DNA of 63,976 nucleotides, counting the filler. It is 6 parts of 6 records of this genome, joined end to end, with 100 filler letters (N's around TTAATTAATTAA, not from the genome) between each part and the next. Parts side by side here need not be neighbours in the genome. Positions count along the whole stretch, not along the records: positions 26,161 to 45,199 come from SRR20825010_4879; 5 more parts are not named here. One strand, 5' to 3'. A program made the position numbers and the translations under genes. The notes beneath the pieces were generated by a model. It was not told where the DNA came from, did no database searches, and saw only the letters and a program-made list of their open reading frames with translations. Below are positions 31,024 to 40,256 of the stretch, one piece after another (positions within the stretch are counted from its first letter, which is position 1; every line of letters begins with the position of its first letter).

Positions 31024-32229
31024 CTAGTTCTTAACTGCCAGTCTATCGCTTAATCTTGACGTTCTGGTACCCACTTCAAATTCGTATTTTGAAACGCCAT
31101 CGAGGTTGGTAATTGTGACCTCATGACGGGTCTTATTGATGGGATCTTCCTTTCTATATTTAAGTGGGTCATTTTTCTTTCCATATCGGACCACCCCTAC
31201 TGTTGGATTATTGGTTTGCCATGAAATGGAGACTGTGGAGTCATCTAAATTTTTCAGTGATGGACCCACCGTCAAGCTATCCAATATCATATTCCGATCG
31301 AAATAAAAAGGCTCGTTCGAATCCGTTGATACAACTACCTGAAGTACACTTTGAGTGTGCTGATCTTCATCAATAATGACCCTGAGAAAATTATCAGGTT
31401 GTTGCTCATCAAAGTAAGAAGTGTCATAATTCCAAACATGCATATCACCCTGAATGTATAATATTGGTTCACTAAAGGTTTGAATGAAGTCTCTGAATGG
31501 GAGATAAAACAGGTCATCACCAATCACTTCGTTCTCTCTCTGTGTCCCAGGAGCTGCATGCGCAAATAGTACGTATGCATTGGCCTGACCTCTGTATTTG
31601 GTCATACTCTCCTGAACCCAGGCCAGGTTGTCAGCCAATCTTTGTCGCCATTCCTTGCTGTCGTGAATGCGACCACCCACTTGATTGATGGTGACAAAGC
31701 AAACTGAATTTCTGTAAAAAGAAATATTCTCAGGTCTTCCAATTTGACTATTGGCATCAAAATCAGTGATGAATTCTTGATTCATGTTCGTAAAAGTGCG
31801 CTTCCAATAAGCCAATCCCATCGATGGATCGGTACCGCGTTTGCAATCGTTCCACTCATTGTCGCCAATGAGGAGATATGGTTGCTTAGTAGAGGATTCA
31901 AGTACTTTTAAAGTGTTCGTATAATAGCTCAGATCACACGGAGTGATACCTTTCTTGATGTCTCCGACATGAATTAAAAAGTCGGCATAACTTCGATCAT
32001 TGTTGTAATCTATATGGGATTGAAATTTCTTCAGCAAGGCTGTACTGCCCACTGTATCGTACGGTGTATCCCCTACGATAGAAAACTGAACCAGGTCTTT
32101 TCGCGATGTGACAGAGCTATCATTTTCCGGAATCTGATCTTCCTGGCTTTGAATGAAAAAATGAGTGATTAATAGGACAATTGCCACTACTAACAATGCC
32201 CCGAGAAGCTTGATCCCAACTATTTTCAT
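31024..32229 (-). CDS. Calcineurin-like metallophosphoesterase with C-terminal FN3-like domain
   Basis: GDTPY, HVGDIK, GDNEWND, FAHA and GDMH metal motifs; ISWQT..HEVTITNL..KYEF tail. Confidence 0.8.
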   Translation of the reverse strand: MKIVGIKLLGALLVVAIVLLITHFFIQSQEDQIPENDSSVTSRKDLVQFSIVGDTPYDTVGSTALLKKFQSHIDYNNDRSYADFLIHVGDIKKGITPCDLSYYTNTLKVLESSTKQPYLLIGDNEWNDCKRGTDPSMGLAYWKRTFTNMNQEFITDFDANSQIGRPENISFYRNSVCFVTINQVGGRIHDSKEWRQRLADNLAWVQESMTKYRGQANAYVLFAHAAPGTQRENEVIGDDLFYLPFRDFIQTFSEPILYIQGDMHVWNYDTSYFDEQQPDNFLRVIIDEDQHTQSVLQVVVSTDSNEPFYFDRNMILDSLTVGPSLKNLDDSTVSISWQTNNPTVGVVRYGKKNDPLKYRKEDPINKTRHEVTITNLDGVSKYEFEVGTRTSRLSDRLAVKN

Positions 32230-32265
32230 GTTGACTCTTTATTGTTTTTCAGCCCTCCTGACAAA

Positions 32266-33390
32266 CTATTTCCCCGAGTTCCACTGAGTGGCCTTCATGA
32301 TCTTATGAAAGATTTCTGTGTTCTCGTAAACACCCGCAAACGACTCAGCACCAGGCCCATAAGCAAATACAGGGATGAGTGCTGCCGAATGACCATTGGT
32401 GGAAAACGTACCTTGAATTTCCGTGTAGTCATTGTACGTACTACCATCCTCTTTTTGCTTCACTGCAGACGCCAGCGTGAACCCTCCGGTTTCATGATCG
32501 GCCGTCACAATGACCAAAGTATTGCCATCTTTTTCTGCAAAATCCAAACACTTGCCAATGGCATCATCAAAGTCTATCAACTCTGAAATGAGATAATCCG
32601 CATTGTTTTGATGGCCTGCAAAATCAATTTGAGATCCTTCCACCATCATGAAAAAATTTTCGCTATCCTTTGTAAGGAACTGAATGCCCAACTCGGCAGC
32701 TCTGGGTAAATAATCCCCCCGGCCTTTGGCCACTGGCTCCATGTGCTCTTCGGCAAGTAGGTAGGCCATTTTTGAAAATCCTTTAACACTTGCAAACTCA
32801 CCCAAAGCTGTGGTATCCACCGTAAACCCATTGGCTTCCAAATCCACCAATAAGTCTTTCCCATCTGCTCGTTGGTTGAAAAACTGTCTGCCACCACCAG
32901 CAAAAAAATCCACCTCAGAACCGATCATATCTGCAGCAATGTCCTCATAAAGCTTTCTATGTTTCACGTGTGAGTAGAAACTCGCCGGAGTAGCATGCTG
33001 TATGGCAGAGGTAGAGATGAGCCCGGTTTTGATTCCTTGTGGCGACACAATTTCCACCAATGTTGCAACCTCTGTGGTGTCATCGTCCACTCCAATGGCA
33101 CGGTTGTAAGTCTTCACCCCTGAAGCGAATGCCGTGGCGCCTGCTGCAGAGTCAGTGATGTCTTCCTTGGATGAAGACGTTTTGATAAGTCCTATGAAAG
33201 GAAACCGTGCATAATTTGGTCTGGTGCTCTTGTAATAAAAGGCAGAGGAAATTTGGGATAGGCCGGTCCCATCTCCTATTAAAAGGATCACATTTTTAGC
33301 CACTGGAGGTGCTTCCTGCCCGGTCTCTTTTGGTTGGCACGAGAACAATGATACAATGATTAGTAGGCAAATAATTCTGTTCGTTGGCAT
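32266..33390 (-). CDS. Alkaline phosphatase (PhoA family) lipoprotein
   Basis: Lipobox LFSC; NVILLIGDG, TDSAAGATA, HATPA, VEGSQIDFAGH and TADHETGG motifs. Confidence 0.93.
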   Translation of the reverse strand: MPTNRIICLLIIVSLFSCQPKETGQEAPPVAKNVILLIGDGTGLSQISSAFYYKSTRPNYARFPFIGLIKTSSSKEDITDSAAGATAFASGVKTYNRAIGVDDDTTEVATLVEIVSPQGIKTGLISTSAIQHATPASFYSHVKHRKLYEDIAADMIGSEVDFFAGGGRQFFNQRADGKDLLVDLEANGFTVDTTALGEFASVKGFSKMAYLLAEEHMEPVAKGRGDYLPRAAELGIQFLTKDSENFFMMVEGSQIDFAGHQNNADYLISELIDFDDAIGKCLDFAEKDGNTLVIVTADHETGGFTLASAVKQKEDGSTYNDYTEIQGTFSTNGHSAALIPVFAYGPGAESFAGVYENTEIFHKIMKATQWNSGK

Positions 33391-33522
33391 GAATTGAAGG
33401 GTTGATATTTTACTATGATTCCTAAAATCCGATTCTACAAGCTAAGAAGATCTCAGGAAAAAAATCTACAAATGGTATGAAGTTAAGAAGAAGTATTGGA
33501 TAGAAAACCCGTAACATATAAC

Positions 33523-33563
33523 AAAAAAATTATCCCTCAGCGGCAATGCTACTGAGGGATAAT
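33523..33563 (-). terminator. Intrinsic terminator after paralog B
   Basis: ATTATCCCTCAG / CTGAGGGATAAT stem with an A run on the plus strand. Confidence 0.8.
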
Positions 33564-33580
33564 ATAAAAAGGTCGCTTAG

Positions 33581-36500
33581 TTATCGTTTAATGATTCTAA
33601 ACGTTTTTGGATCTTCACCCTGAAGGTAAAGACTAAATAGGTAGACGCCAGTCTGCAAACCAGCAGTCTTAATTTCAAGCTCTTTTCCAGAAAACTCCCC
33701 TTGAAGAATACGGGCACCACTGATTGAAGTGATGGTGTATTTACCACTAAGTTCCGCACCTGATTGATTCACCTTCAACAAATCGACAACTGGATTTGGA
33801 AAGACTTTCAGGTCGCCCATTTCCAGAATAACCTCCTCCAATTTGGGCTCAGCTGCCAACCTGCTACCCGAATTGATAGATATATTACAGATATCTACCT
33901 CATACCCCGAATTTGTCGATGCTAAAATGCCAGCCAGATTATTAATGGACGAAGGATTACCATTTAAACTATTGTCACTTGCTATCTGAGATGGAGAGTC
34001 CCCAAGTTTGTTAGCAAAAACATCATAGGTGTCATTAGTCATATCCACCACCATTTTAATATGATAGGTTTCACCAGCTGAAAAAGGAATATTTGTAGAA
34101 GGCCAGCCCTGACCACTCCTTGCCACAATTTTACCATCCTTAAACCTTATCAAAGTAGCCATATCATTATCGTGGCTCGAAGAACCATTGGATAATCCAA
34201 TTCGAGAATGTAAGTTATGACTTGGTGTCACGTCAAATTCTGCTGTGAAATTACCGGTCTGGCTTGCGATGGAGGTATTTACCCATGAATTGTTATTGGG
34301 TAATTCTACACAACTCCCACCAGAATTAGAAACTGTAACGGTGATACTTGTGGAAGTCGTTGAATTGCTAGCTGCATCTGTTGCTACTGCGGTAAGGGTA
34401 TGCGATCCGTTAGACGCATTGTTGGTATCCCAGCTAAACGAATATGGTGCACTGGTATCCTGCGAACCCAGATTACTACCGTCTAACTTAAATTGAACGC
34501 CTACCAGGTCACTATCGGGATCTGAGGCGGTTGCCGTAATGGAAATTGTATTCGAAACCGTGGCACTATTACTCGGAGAAGTAATAGACACAGTAGGTGA
34601 ACTACCTCCACTTGCATTGGAAACGGTCACTGACCTGGCTGCTGAAGCAGTGACATTACCAGCAGCATCTGTTGCCACAGCAGTGAGCGTATAAACAGCA
34701 TTCGATACACCTGTCGTATTCCAGCTATAAGAAAAAGGAGAGCTTGTATCCTGCGAACCAATATTACTACCGTTCAACTTAAATTGTACACCAACCAAAT
34801 CTGAATCTACATCTGAAGCGGTAGCAGTAATACTAACAGTACCAGAAACCGTAGCGTTATCACTAGGTGCAGTAAGTGCCACAACAGGTGGTGTCGATGA
34901 ACTACCATTTCCGTCGATCACTATATTGCATATATCCACCGCATAACCACTGTTCGTACTTTTTAGGACTGCTGGTAACCTATCGATTTTGGTGATCGAA
35001 GATGAATTGCTGTGAAATGCATTGTCGTCTCCAATCTGAGTCGGTGAATCTCCATCCGCATTGGCAAAAACGTCATAGGTATGATTGGTTAGGTCCACTA
35101 CCATCTTGATGTGGTAAACTTCATCAGCGATATAGGTAATGTGTGTGGATGGATATCCTTGATTGTCTCTCACATGTATTTTACCACTTTGGAAGCGAAT
35201 CATAGCTGCCACATCATTGGCCGAACTCACATTTCCATCTGACAAACCAATTTCACTGTTTACAATCGCATTAGGCGTTACGTCAAATTCGATGGTAAAC
35301 CCACTTGTTTGGCTGGCCAAACTAGTGTTTACCCAGGTGTTTGTGTTAGGAAGTGTTATGCATGTGGGGGCTACATTGTCTACCGTCACATTAATTGTGG
35401 AAGATAGGGTACTTAGGCCAGCCGCGTCACGGGCAAGAGCTGTAAGAGCGTATGAACCGTTCGTGACGGACGAAGTATTCCAAGAAACCGAATATGGGTA
35501 TGAGGTATCTTCAGCCCCAAGATTAACACCATCTAACTTAAATTGCACACCTACAAGGTCTCCATTGGTGTCGCTTGCGGTTGCCGATACTGTTACCATT
35601 TCACTCACAGTTGAATTGTTAGCAGGCCCTGAAATGGACACTGCAGGTTCCACATCCGTTTGATTATCAACGATCACCGATATAGCATTGGCTGTTCCAA
35701 GGTTGCCATTAGCATCTCTAGCCACCGCAGTGAGCACATGATTCCCTTCGCTTGCACCAGTCGTGTTCCAGCTTACAGAATAAGGGGAACTAGTGTCCTC
35801 TGATCCAAGATCCACTCCATCCAATTTGAATTGTACTCCTGCCAAATCATTGTCTGTATCTGACGCTGTAGCTGTGACAGTTATGGTCCCGTCAATGGTT
35901 GCGTTATTGGCTGGGCTCGTAATGGAAACTGTAGGTATTGCACCATTGGCGCTTGGTGCCAATGCCCCTGCCCAGGCTTGCTGGTAAGTGTCAGAATTAT
36001 TGTACCCAACCCCAGAGGTACTTCCAAATGTGATCCCAGAGGTAAGGTTGTAGTGTGGGGAGCTTGTCGTAGGGCGAGCATTAGGAATAACAAGGGTCTC
36101 TGGGCCCGTAAACATACCCATAGTAAAAGTATAGCTCGTATTATTCGCGGCTGCAGCCGTAGAATGGCTGATTGAATTAGATCCTTCAAAACTATGTCCA
36201 CTGGTATTGTAGAAAGCATTGTAGTCAGAAATGGTTCCAGATGGTGAGTCACTTAATGTACCTCCACCGTCTATGATTACATTTCCTACGATACGGGTAT
36301 TGTACGCTCTGGATTCAAACCATTCTTGATCTCCAAACTTTTCCTCTACCTCAATAACTGTATTCAGATAAATATCATGACTGTGCTCTGTGTTTTTCTG
36401 AAACCAGAAAGCAAAGCGCTCAGCCCGGTACATCAGGTTTCGACGGATAGTATAGTGATCTGTCTTATCTCCTCCTCTGGTATTGAAGGGAATCCTGCAG

Positions 36501-37474
36501 TCAACAAAGATGTTGTCCTCAACCAACATATAGCTTTTGTAAATACCGTTATTACTATGATCGATCGCTCCCTGGTCGTCATTTGGACTGGTACCTCCTG
36601 GTATTTTTGAGAGGTTTCTAAACCTATTCTTTTTTATCAGCAGGTGGTCACCAGAGGTCGATGCTCCAGCATTTTTGATGTCAATGCCGTTTTCATGAGG
36701 TACTTCGGATACACTGGAACTATACTTAGTTGGATCGATGTAAATGTCATTGTCATAAATGACCGTACCTTTAAATGGCTGATCAGGTCCCAGCTGAATA
36801 CCATCGCCAGCGAAATTGTAAATTTCATTGTGAACAATTCGATTGTAGTCACCAATATCAAATTTAATTCCGTGATTATCCTCATTTGGTGAAATTTGGG
36901 TGTTACGGATTACACAATGCTGAACCACAGAATAATTAGAAGGCCCCTTTCCACTACCAGAACCTCCAATAGCTATCTGACCGGCTCCTCCTCCTCCTCT
37001 TTCTATCAAGCATCTGTTCAGTACCTGGTAATCATCAACCAAATAAATATTTGGATTTCTTGTAGGTTCATCACCAATTGCCCGAATTCTATCCAATCGC
37101 CAATAGGCGCCTTCTACATTGATTCTGCCAAAGGTGACATAATCTGAAGGGTCCATATCCACAGGGTGTGTGGTATAATCCGTTGGGTTGCTGGGGTCGT
37201 AATAGATCAACCATTTTGGATTGCTGGATGTACCATCCCCTTGGAGTGCTGTCGTGCCCAAACTGGTATAATCGCCAGGTTGAATAAAGAAAATACGCTT
37301 TCCAGAAGTATTAATAACAGAACTGAAATTGGCCGGAGAGGTGATCATCCCCATCTCGCTGTTACCAGAATCATAAACAGGAATCGTGAGGGATTCCTCA
37401 TAAGGGCCTTGAGCCCTGGTTGCATAAATGGATGCCATTGCAATTAGGCATACTAGTAGGTGTTTTCTCATCAT
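33581..37474 (-). CDS. T9SS-secreted beta-helix protein with four Ig-like repeats and two beta-sandwich modules, paralog B
   Basis: Signal peptide, beta-helix region, four Ig repeats, two Cys-bracketed repeats and a type A CTD (VFPNPV...LQTGVYL...TFRIIKR). Confidence 0.88.
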   Translation of the reverse strand: MMRKHLLVCLIAMASIYATRAQGPYEESLTIPVYDSGNSEMGMITSPANFSSVINTSGKRIFFIQPGDYTSLGTTALQGDGTSSNPKWLIYYDPSNPTDYTTHPVDMDPSDYVTFGRINVEGAYWRLDRIRAIGDEPTRNPNIYLVDDYQVLNRCLIERGGGGAGQIAIGGSGSGKGPSNYSVVQHCVIRNTQISPNEDNHGIKFDIGDYNRIVHNEIYNFAGDGIQLGPDQPFKGTVIYDNDIYIDPTKYSSSVSEVPHENGIDIKNAGASTSGDHLLIKKNRFRNLSKIPGGTSPNDDQGAIDHSNNGIYKSYMLVEDNIFVDCRIPFNTRGGDKTDHYTIRRNLMYRAERFAFWFQKNTEHSHDIYLNTVIEVEEKFGDQEWFESRAYNTRIVGNVIIDGGGTLSDSPSGTISDYNAFYNTSGHSFEGSNSISHSTAAAANNTSYTFTMGMFTGPETLVIPNARPTTSSPHYNLTSGITFGSTSGVGYNNSDTYQQAWAGALAPSANGAIPTVSITSPANNATIDGTITVTATASDTDNDLAGVQFKLDGVDLGSEDTSSPYSVSWNTTGASEGNHVLTAVARDANGNLGTANAISVIVDNQTDVEPAVSISGPANNSTVSEMVTVSATASDTNGDLVGVQFKLDGVNLGAEDTSYPYSVSWNTSSVTNGSYALTALARDAAGLSTLSSTINVTVDNVAPTCITLPNTNTWVNTSLASQTSGFTIEFDVTPNAIVNSEIGLSDGNVSSANDVAAMIRFQSGKIHVRDNQGYPSTHITYIADEVYHIKMVVDLTNHTYDVFANADGDSPTQIGDDNAFHSNSSSITKIDRLPAVLKSTNSGYAVDICNIVIDGNGSSSTPPVVALTAPSDNATVSGTVSITATASDVDSDLVGVQFKLNGSNIGSQDTSSPFSYSWNTTGVSNAVYTLTAVATDAAGNVTASAARSVTVSNASGGSSPTVSITSPSNSATVSNTISITATASDPDSDLVGVQFKLDGSNLGSQDTSAPYSFSWDTNNASNGSHTLTAVATDAASNSTTSTSITVTVSNSGGSCVELPNNNSWVNTSIASQTGNFTAEFDVTPSHNLHSRIGLSNGSSSHDNDMATLIRFKDGKIVARSGQGWPSTNIPFSAGETYHIKMVVDMTNDTYDVFANKLGDSPSQIASDNSLNGNPSSINNLAGILASTNSGYEVDICNISINSGSRLAAEPKLEEVILEMGDLKVFPNPVVDLLKVNQSGAELSGKYTITSISGARILQGEFSGKELEIKTAGLQTGVYLFSLYLQGEDPKTFRIIKR

Positions 37475-38271
37475 TTTTGGGTTTAGATTAAGAGATTTAT
37501 TTATTAGCGGATTTCCTTATTACATATTTTCGCGTGATTTATTTGTTCAAAGTGTTTGACAAAATCTTCCATTTTGAATTGCGCATCAGGTAGCCAATAT
37601 TTACGCGGGTGTTGTATGCTGCTGCAATTATTTCTGATTTATAGAACCAAATCCAAAAGGAAGAAAGGTATACAGGGGCTATGGTTCTATCTATCAAAAT
37701 TCAAAATGAATGATTCGTAGGTTAAGAGGATATTATCTAGAACTTTTACTCAAAATTTTTGAGATATTTTCTTTCGGCTTTTTAATCACACACAATGTCA
37801 TTAAATAGAGAGTGACAAAATAATGACGTGATTCTGGCTTAGAAATGACAGTTTGATTTCACTTGGAATAAACGACGTACAGTAAGTAGCTATTGGATAA
37901 ATATTATTCTGTCCCTGGGGAAAGTATAGGCCGCTTCCTTAAATCTCAACAGGACTACTTTTTCTGAAGCCTATTGTTTATAACCAACAAATTATTTTAG
38001 AATAGCGACCGTTGAGATGCCGGCAGATTGCACATAGATTTCAAGTTAAATAATCTACCAGCTTCCGACAGCCATCAACTCCTGAAGTCTATCGAATCCT
38101 CAAGGGATTAGATTTGTGATCAATATGGACTACAAAAGTTGAAGAAGCTGATTTTAAACTCGTTGTAGCGCTGGCTTTTTTATTGTAAATCCCTCTAAAT
38201 AATTTCACTACGAAGAAAACAGAATTCTTACTGAGATTATTTAAAATCACCATAGAATGGCTTTTCGAAAT

Positions 38272-38305
38272 AAAAAAAGCTATTGACAATTTCTGCCAAT
38301 AGCTT
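38272..38305 (-). terminator. Intrinsic terminator
   Basis: AAGCTATTG / CAATAGCTT stem with an A run, just after the lipoprotein gene. Confidence 0.7.
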
Positions 38306-38350
38306 CCAATTTAAACCTAATGTATACTAGTAATTTCTCAAGTTGAGTAA

Positions 38351-39151
38351 TTAATCCTCATAATACGTATATGCCCATGACTCTGAAAAGGGACCACCAC
38401 TGCTAGTACCATTTTTGGTTTGTGTGGCAACTCTATTCTCTTCATCAAAAGTATACACAAAGTCCGCCGTATAAGCCGTTGTAGGTTCCTCTGTAATCTT
38501 ACGAAGGTAAGAATCCGCAAGTTTGGCGCTCTGCTTACCGAATGTACCGCCCACATTTTTCCACTCTGAGTCCACTTGATAGATTTGATGGATACCACTC
38601 AAATTATCACCAATTGTATATGTGAATTCACGGTCTTCTCTTACTGTACCGTCATCATTGTAGCGGATTCTATTGGTAACATTACCTTCAGAAATCGTCA
38701 GGTCATACTTTAAATGATCTGCACCACCGTAGTGCTCAACAACCTTGATCATTTGTCCATCTGAGTTATATTCGTAACCTTCCCATTCGGTTTTCTCTGA
38801 ATCCCAAAACTCCTTAATTACTAATCCATCAGCATTTAAGGCATATACGGTTGAATTATCTCCTCTGGTAATAGTGAGTTGATTGGCAACAGAATAGTCA
38901 TAAACGGTTGTGCCATCCGGTTCACCATTCCAAAAAACATCAATAGTGGCTATTCTGTCATTGGCGTCATAGTTAAATTGCCATGACTCAACTTCATCTC
39001 CCGCTCCTCCTGAATAATCAATGGAGATTGTCTTAATTAAAGAAGGTTCTACAATGACCGGATCCCCTCCCTCGTCATCACCACACGAACCTAAAAACAC
39101 AATACTTGCGCCAAGAACAACGGCGCTAAAAAAACTTAGATACTTTTTCAT
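38351..39151 (-). CDS. Surface lipoprotein, hypothetical (DUF4595-like beta repeats)
   Basis: Lipobox LGSC followed by acidic GDDE; repeated F.YD..GR-type motifs. Confidence 0.75.
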   Translation of the reverse strand: MKKYLSFFSAVVLGASIVFLGSCGDDEGGDPVIVEPSLIKTISIDYSGGAGDEVESWQFNYDANDRIATIDVFWNGEPDGTTVYDYSVANQLTITRGDNSTVYALNADGLVIKEFWDSEKTEWEGYEYNSDGQMIKVVEHYGGADHLKYDLTISEGNVTNRIRYNDDGTVREDREFTYTIGDNLSGIHQIYQVDSEWKNVGGTFGKQSAKLADSYLRKITEEPTTAYTADFVYTFDEENRVATQTKNGTSSGGPFSESWAYTYYED

Positions 39152-39239
39152 AATTGAATAATTTAATTGAGTTAAAATTTATTTTAAATACACACGTTAC
39201 TTATTTTTTTACATAAAACTGTTTTTATAACACTGATTA

Positions 39240-40244
39240 TTAGTTTCCACCAGATAGTATTATTAATACAAGCCCTGAAATAAAGAGCACGAACATCAAA
39301 AACAAAAGCATATTTACTGACCGGCCACCTCCTTTAAATTCTTTCCATATAAATACTCCCCAAAGCGCAGCAACCATCGTGGCACCTTGCCCTAGTCCAT
39401 AGGATATTGCTGTGCCAGCTTTACCAGCAGAAAGAATGCTCAGAATCATTCCAAGCCCCCAGATTAATCCTCCGATTACACCTACCAAGTGCGTTGAGAA
39501 GCTCCCTTTAAAGTATTCATTGTAGGTAACAGGTTGCCCGACAAAGGGCTTTTTCATTATGATTGTATTAAAAAGGAAATTGCTAATGAAAATACCGATC
39601 GCAAAAATGAAAAAGGCCGTATAGGGTGTTGCCAATCCTGCCAATGGCGCTTCAAAACTGTTGACATCCATTGCAGATGCCACGAATCGATAGAAGAAAG
39701 ACATCAATACTCCTGCAATTAAGGCAAGCCAAATTCCCTTTGATGAGGATTTTTTATCCTCCTTTGCCATTTTACCTGATGCAATACCATTCAAAATGAT
39801 CGCAATCATAATCAAGCCAACACCAATAAAAAGCATAACAGGATCACCTTTGGGTGTGCTCATGTAATTCACTATTACTCCCAGCACCAACGCTATCCCA
39901 ACACCCAAAGGAAAGGCCACAGCCATACCGGCTATTGAAATGGAAGCTGAGAGAAGAATATTGGAAGCGTTGAAAATAACACCTCCTATGATTGCGCTCC
40001 AGATCGTACTACTACTAAGCTGTCCCAGATCCTCAACAAAGCCACGACCTTGATCACCAGTGCTTCCCAATGTCAAACCAAAAAGAACCGATAGGACGAG
40101 AATTCCTATTACATAATCCCAATAGAATAATTCAAAGCGCCAGGTCTTTGCCGCCAATTTCTGAGTATTGCCCCACGACCCCCAACACAACATGGTGATG
40201 ATGGTAAAAAACACTGCAATCGAGTAACTACTGATAATGTACAT
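39240..40244 (-). CDS. GRP/DMT-family sugar permease
   Basis: MLCWGSWGNTQKL..WRFELFYWDY and SYGLGQGATMVAALWGVFIWKEF motifs; about 10 TM segments. Confidence 0.88.
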   Translation of the reverse strand: MYIISSYSIAVFFTIITMLCWGSWGNTQKLAAKTWRFELFYWDYVIGILVLSVLFGLTLGSTGDQGRGFVEDLGQLSSSTIWSAIIGGVIFNASNILLSASISIAGMAVAFPLGVGIALVLGVIVNYMSTPKGDPVMLFIGVGLIMIAIILNGIASGKMAKEDKKSSSKGIWLALIAGVLMSFFYRFVASAMDVNSFEAPLAGLATPYTAFFIFAIGIFISNFLFNTIIMKKPFVGQPVTYNEYFKGSFSTHLVGVIGGLIWGLGMILSILSAGKAGTAISYGLGQGATMVAALWGVFIWKEFKGGGRSVNMLLFLMFVLFISGLVLIILSGGN

Positions 40245-40256
40245 AGGTTTATTTGG

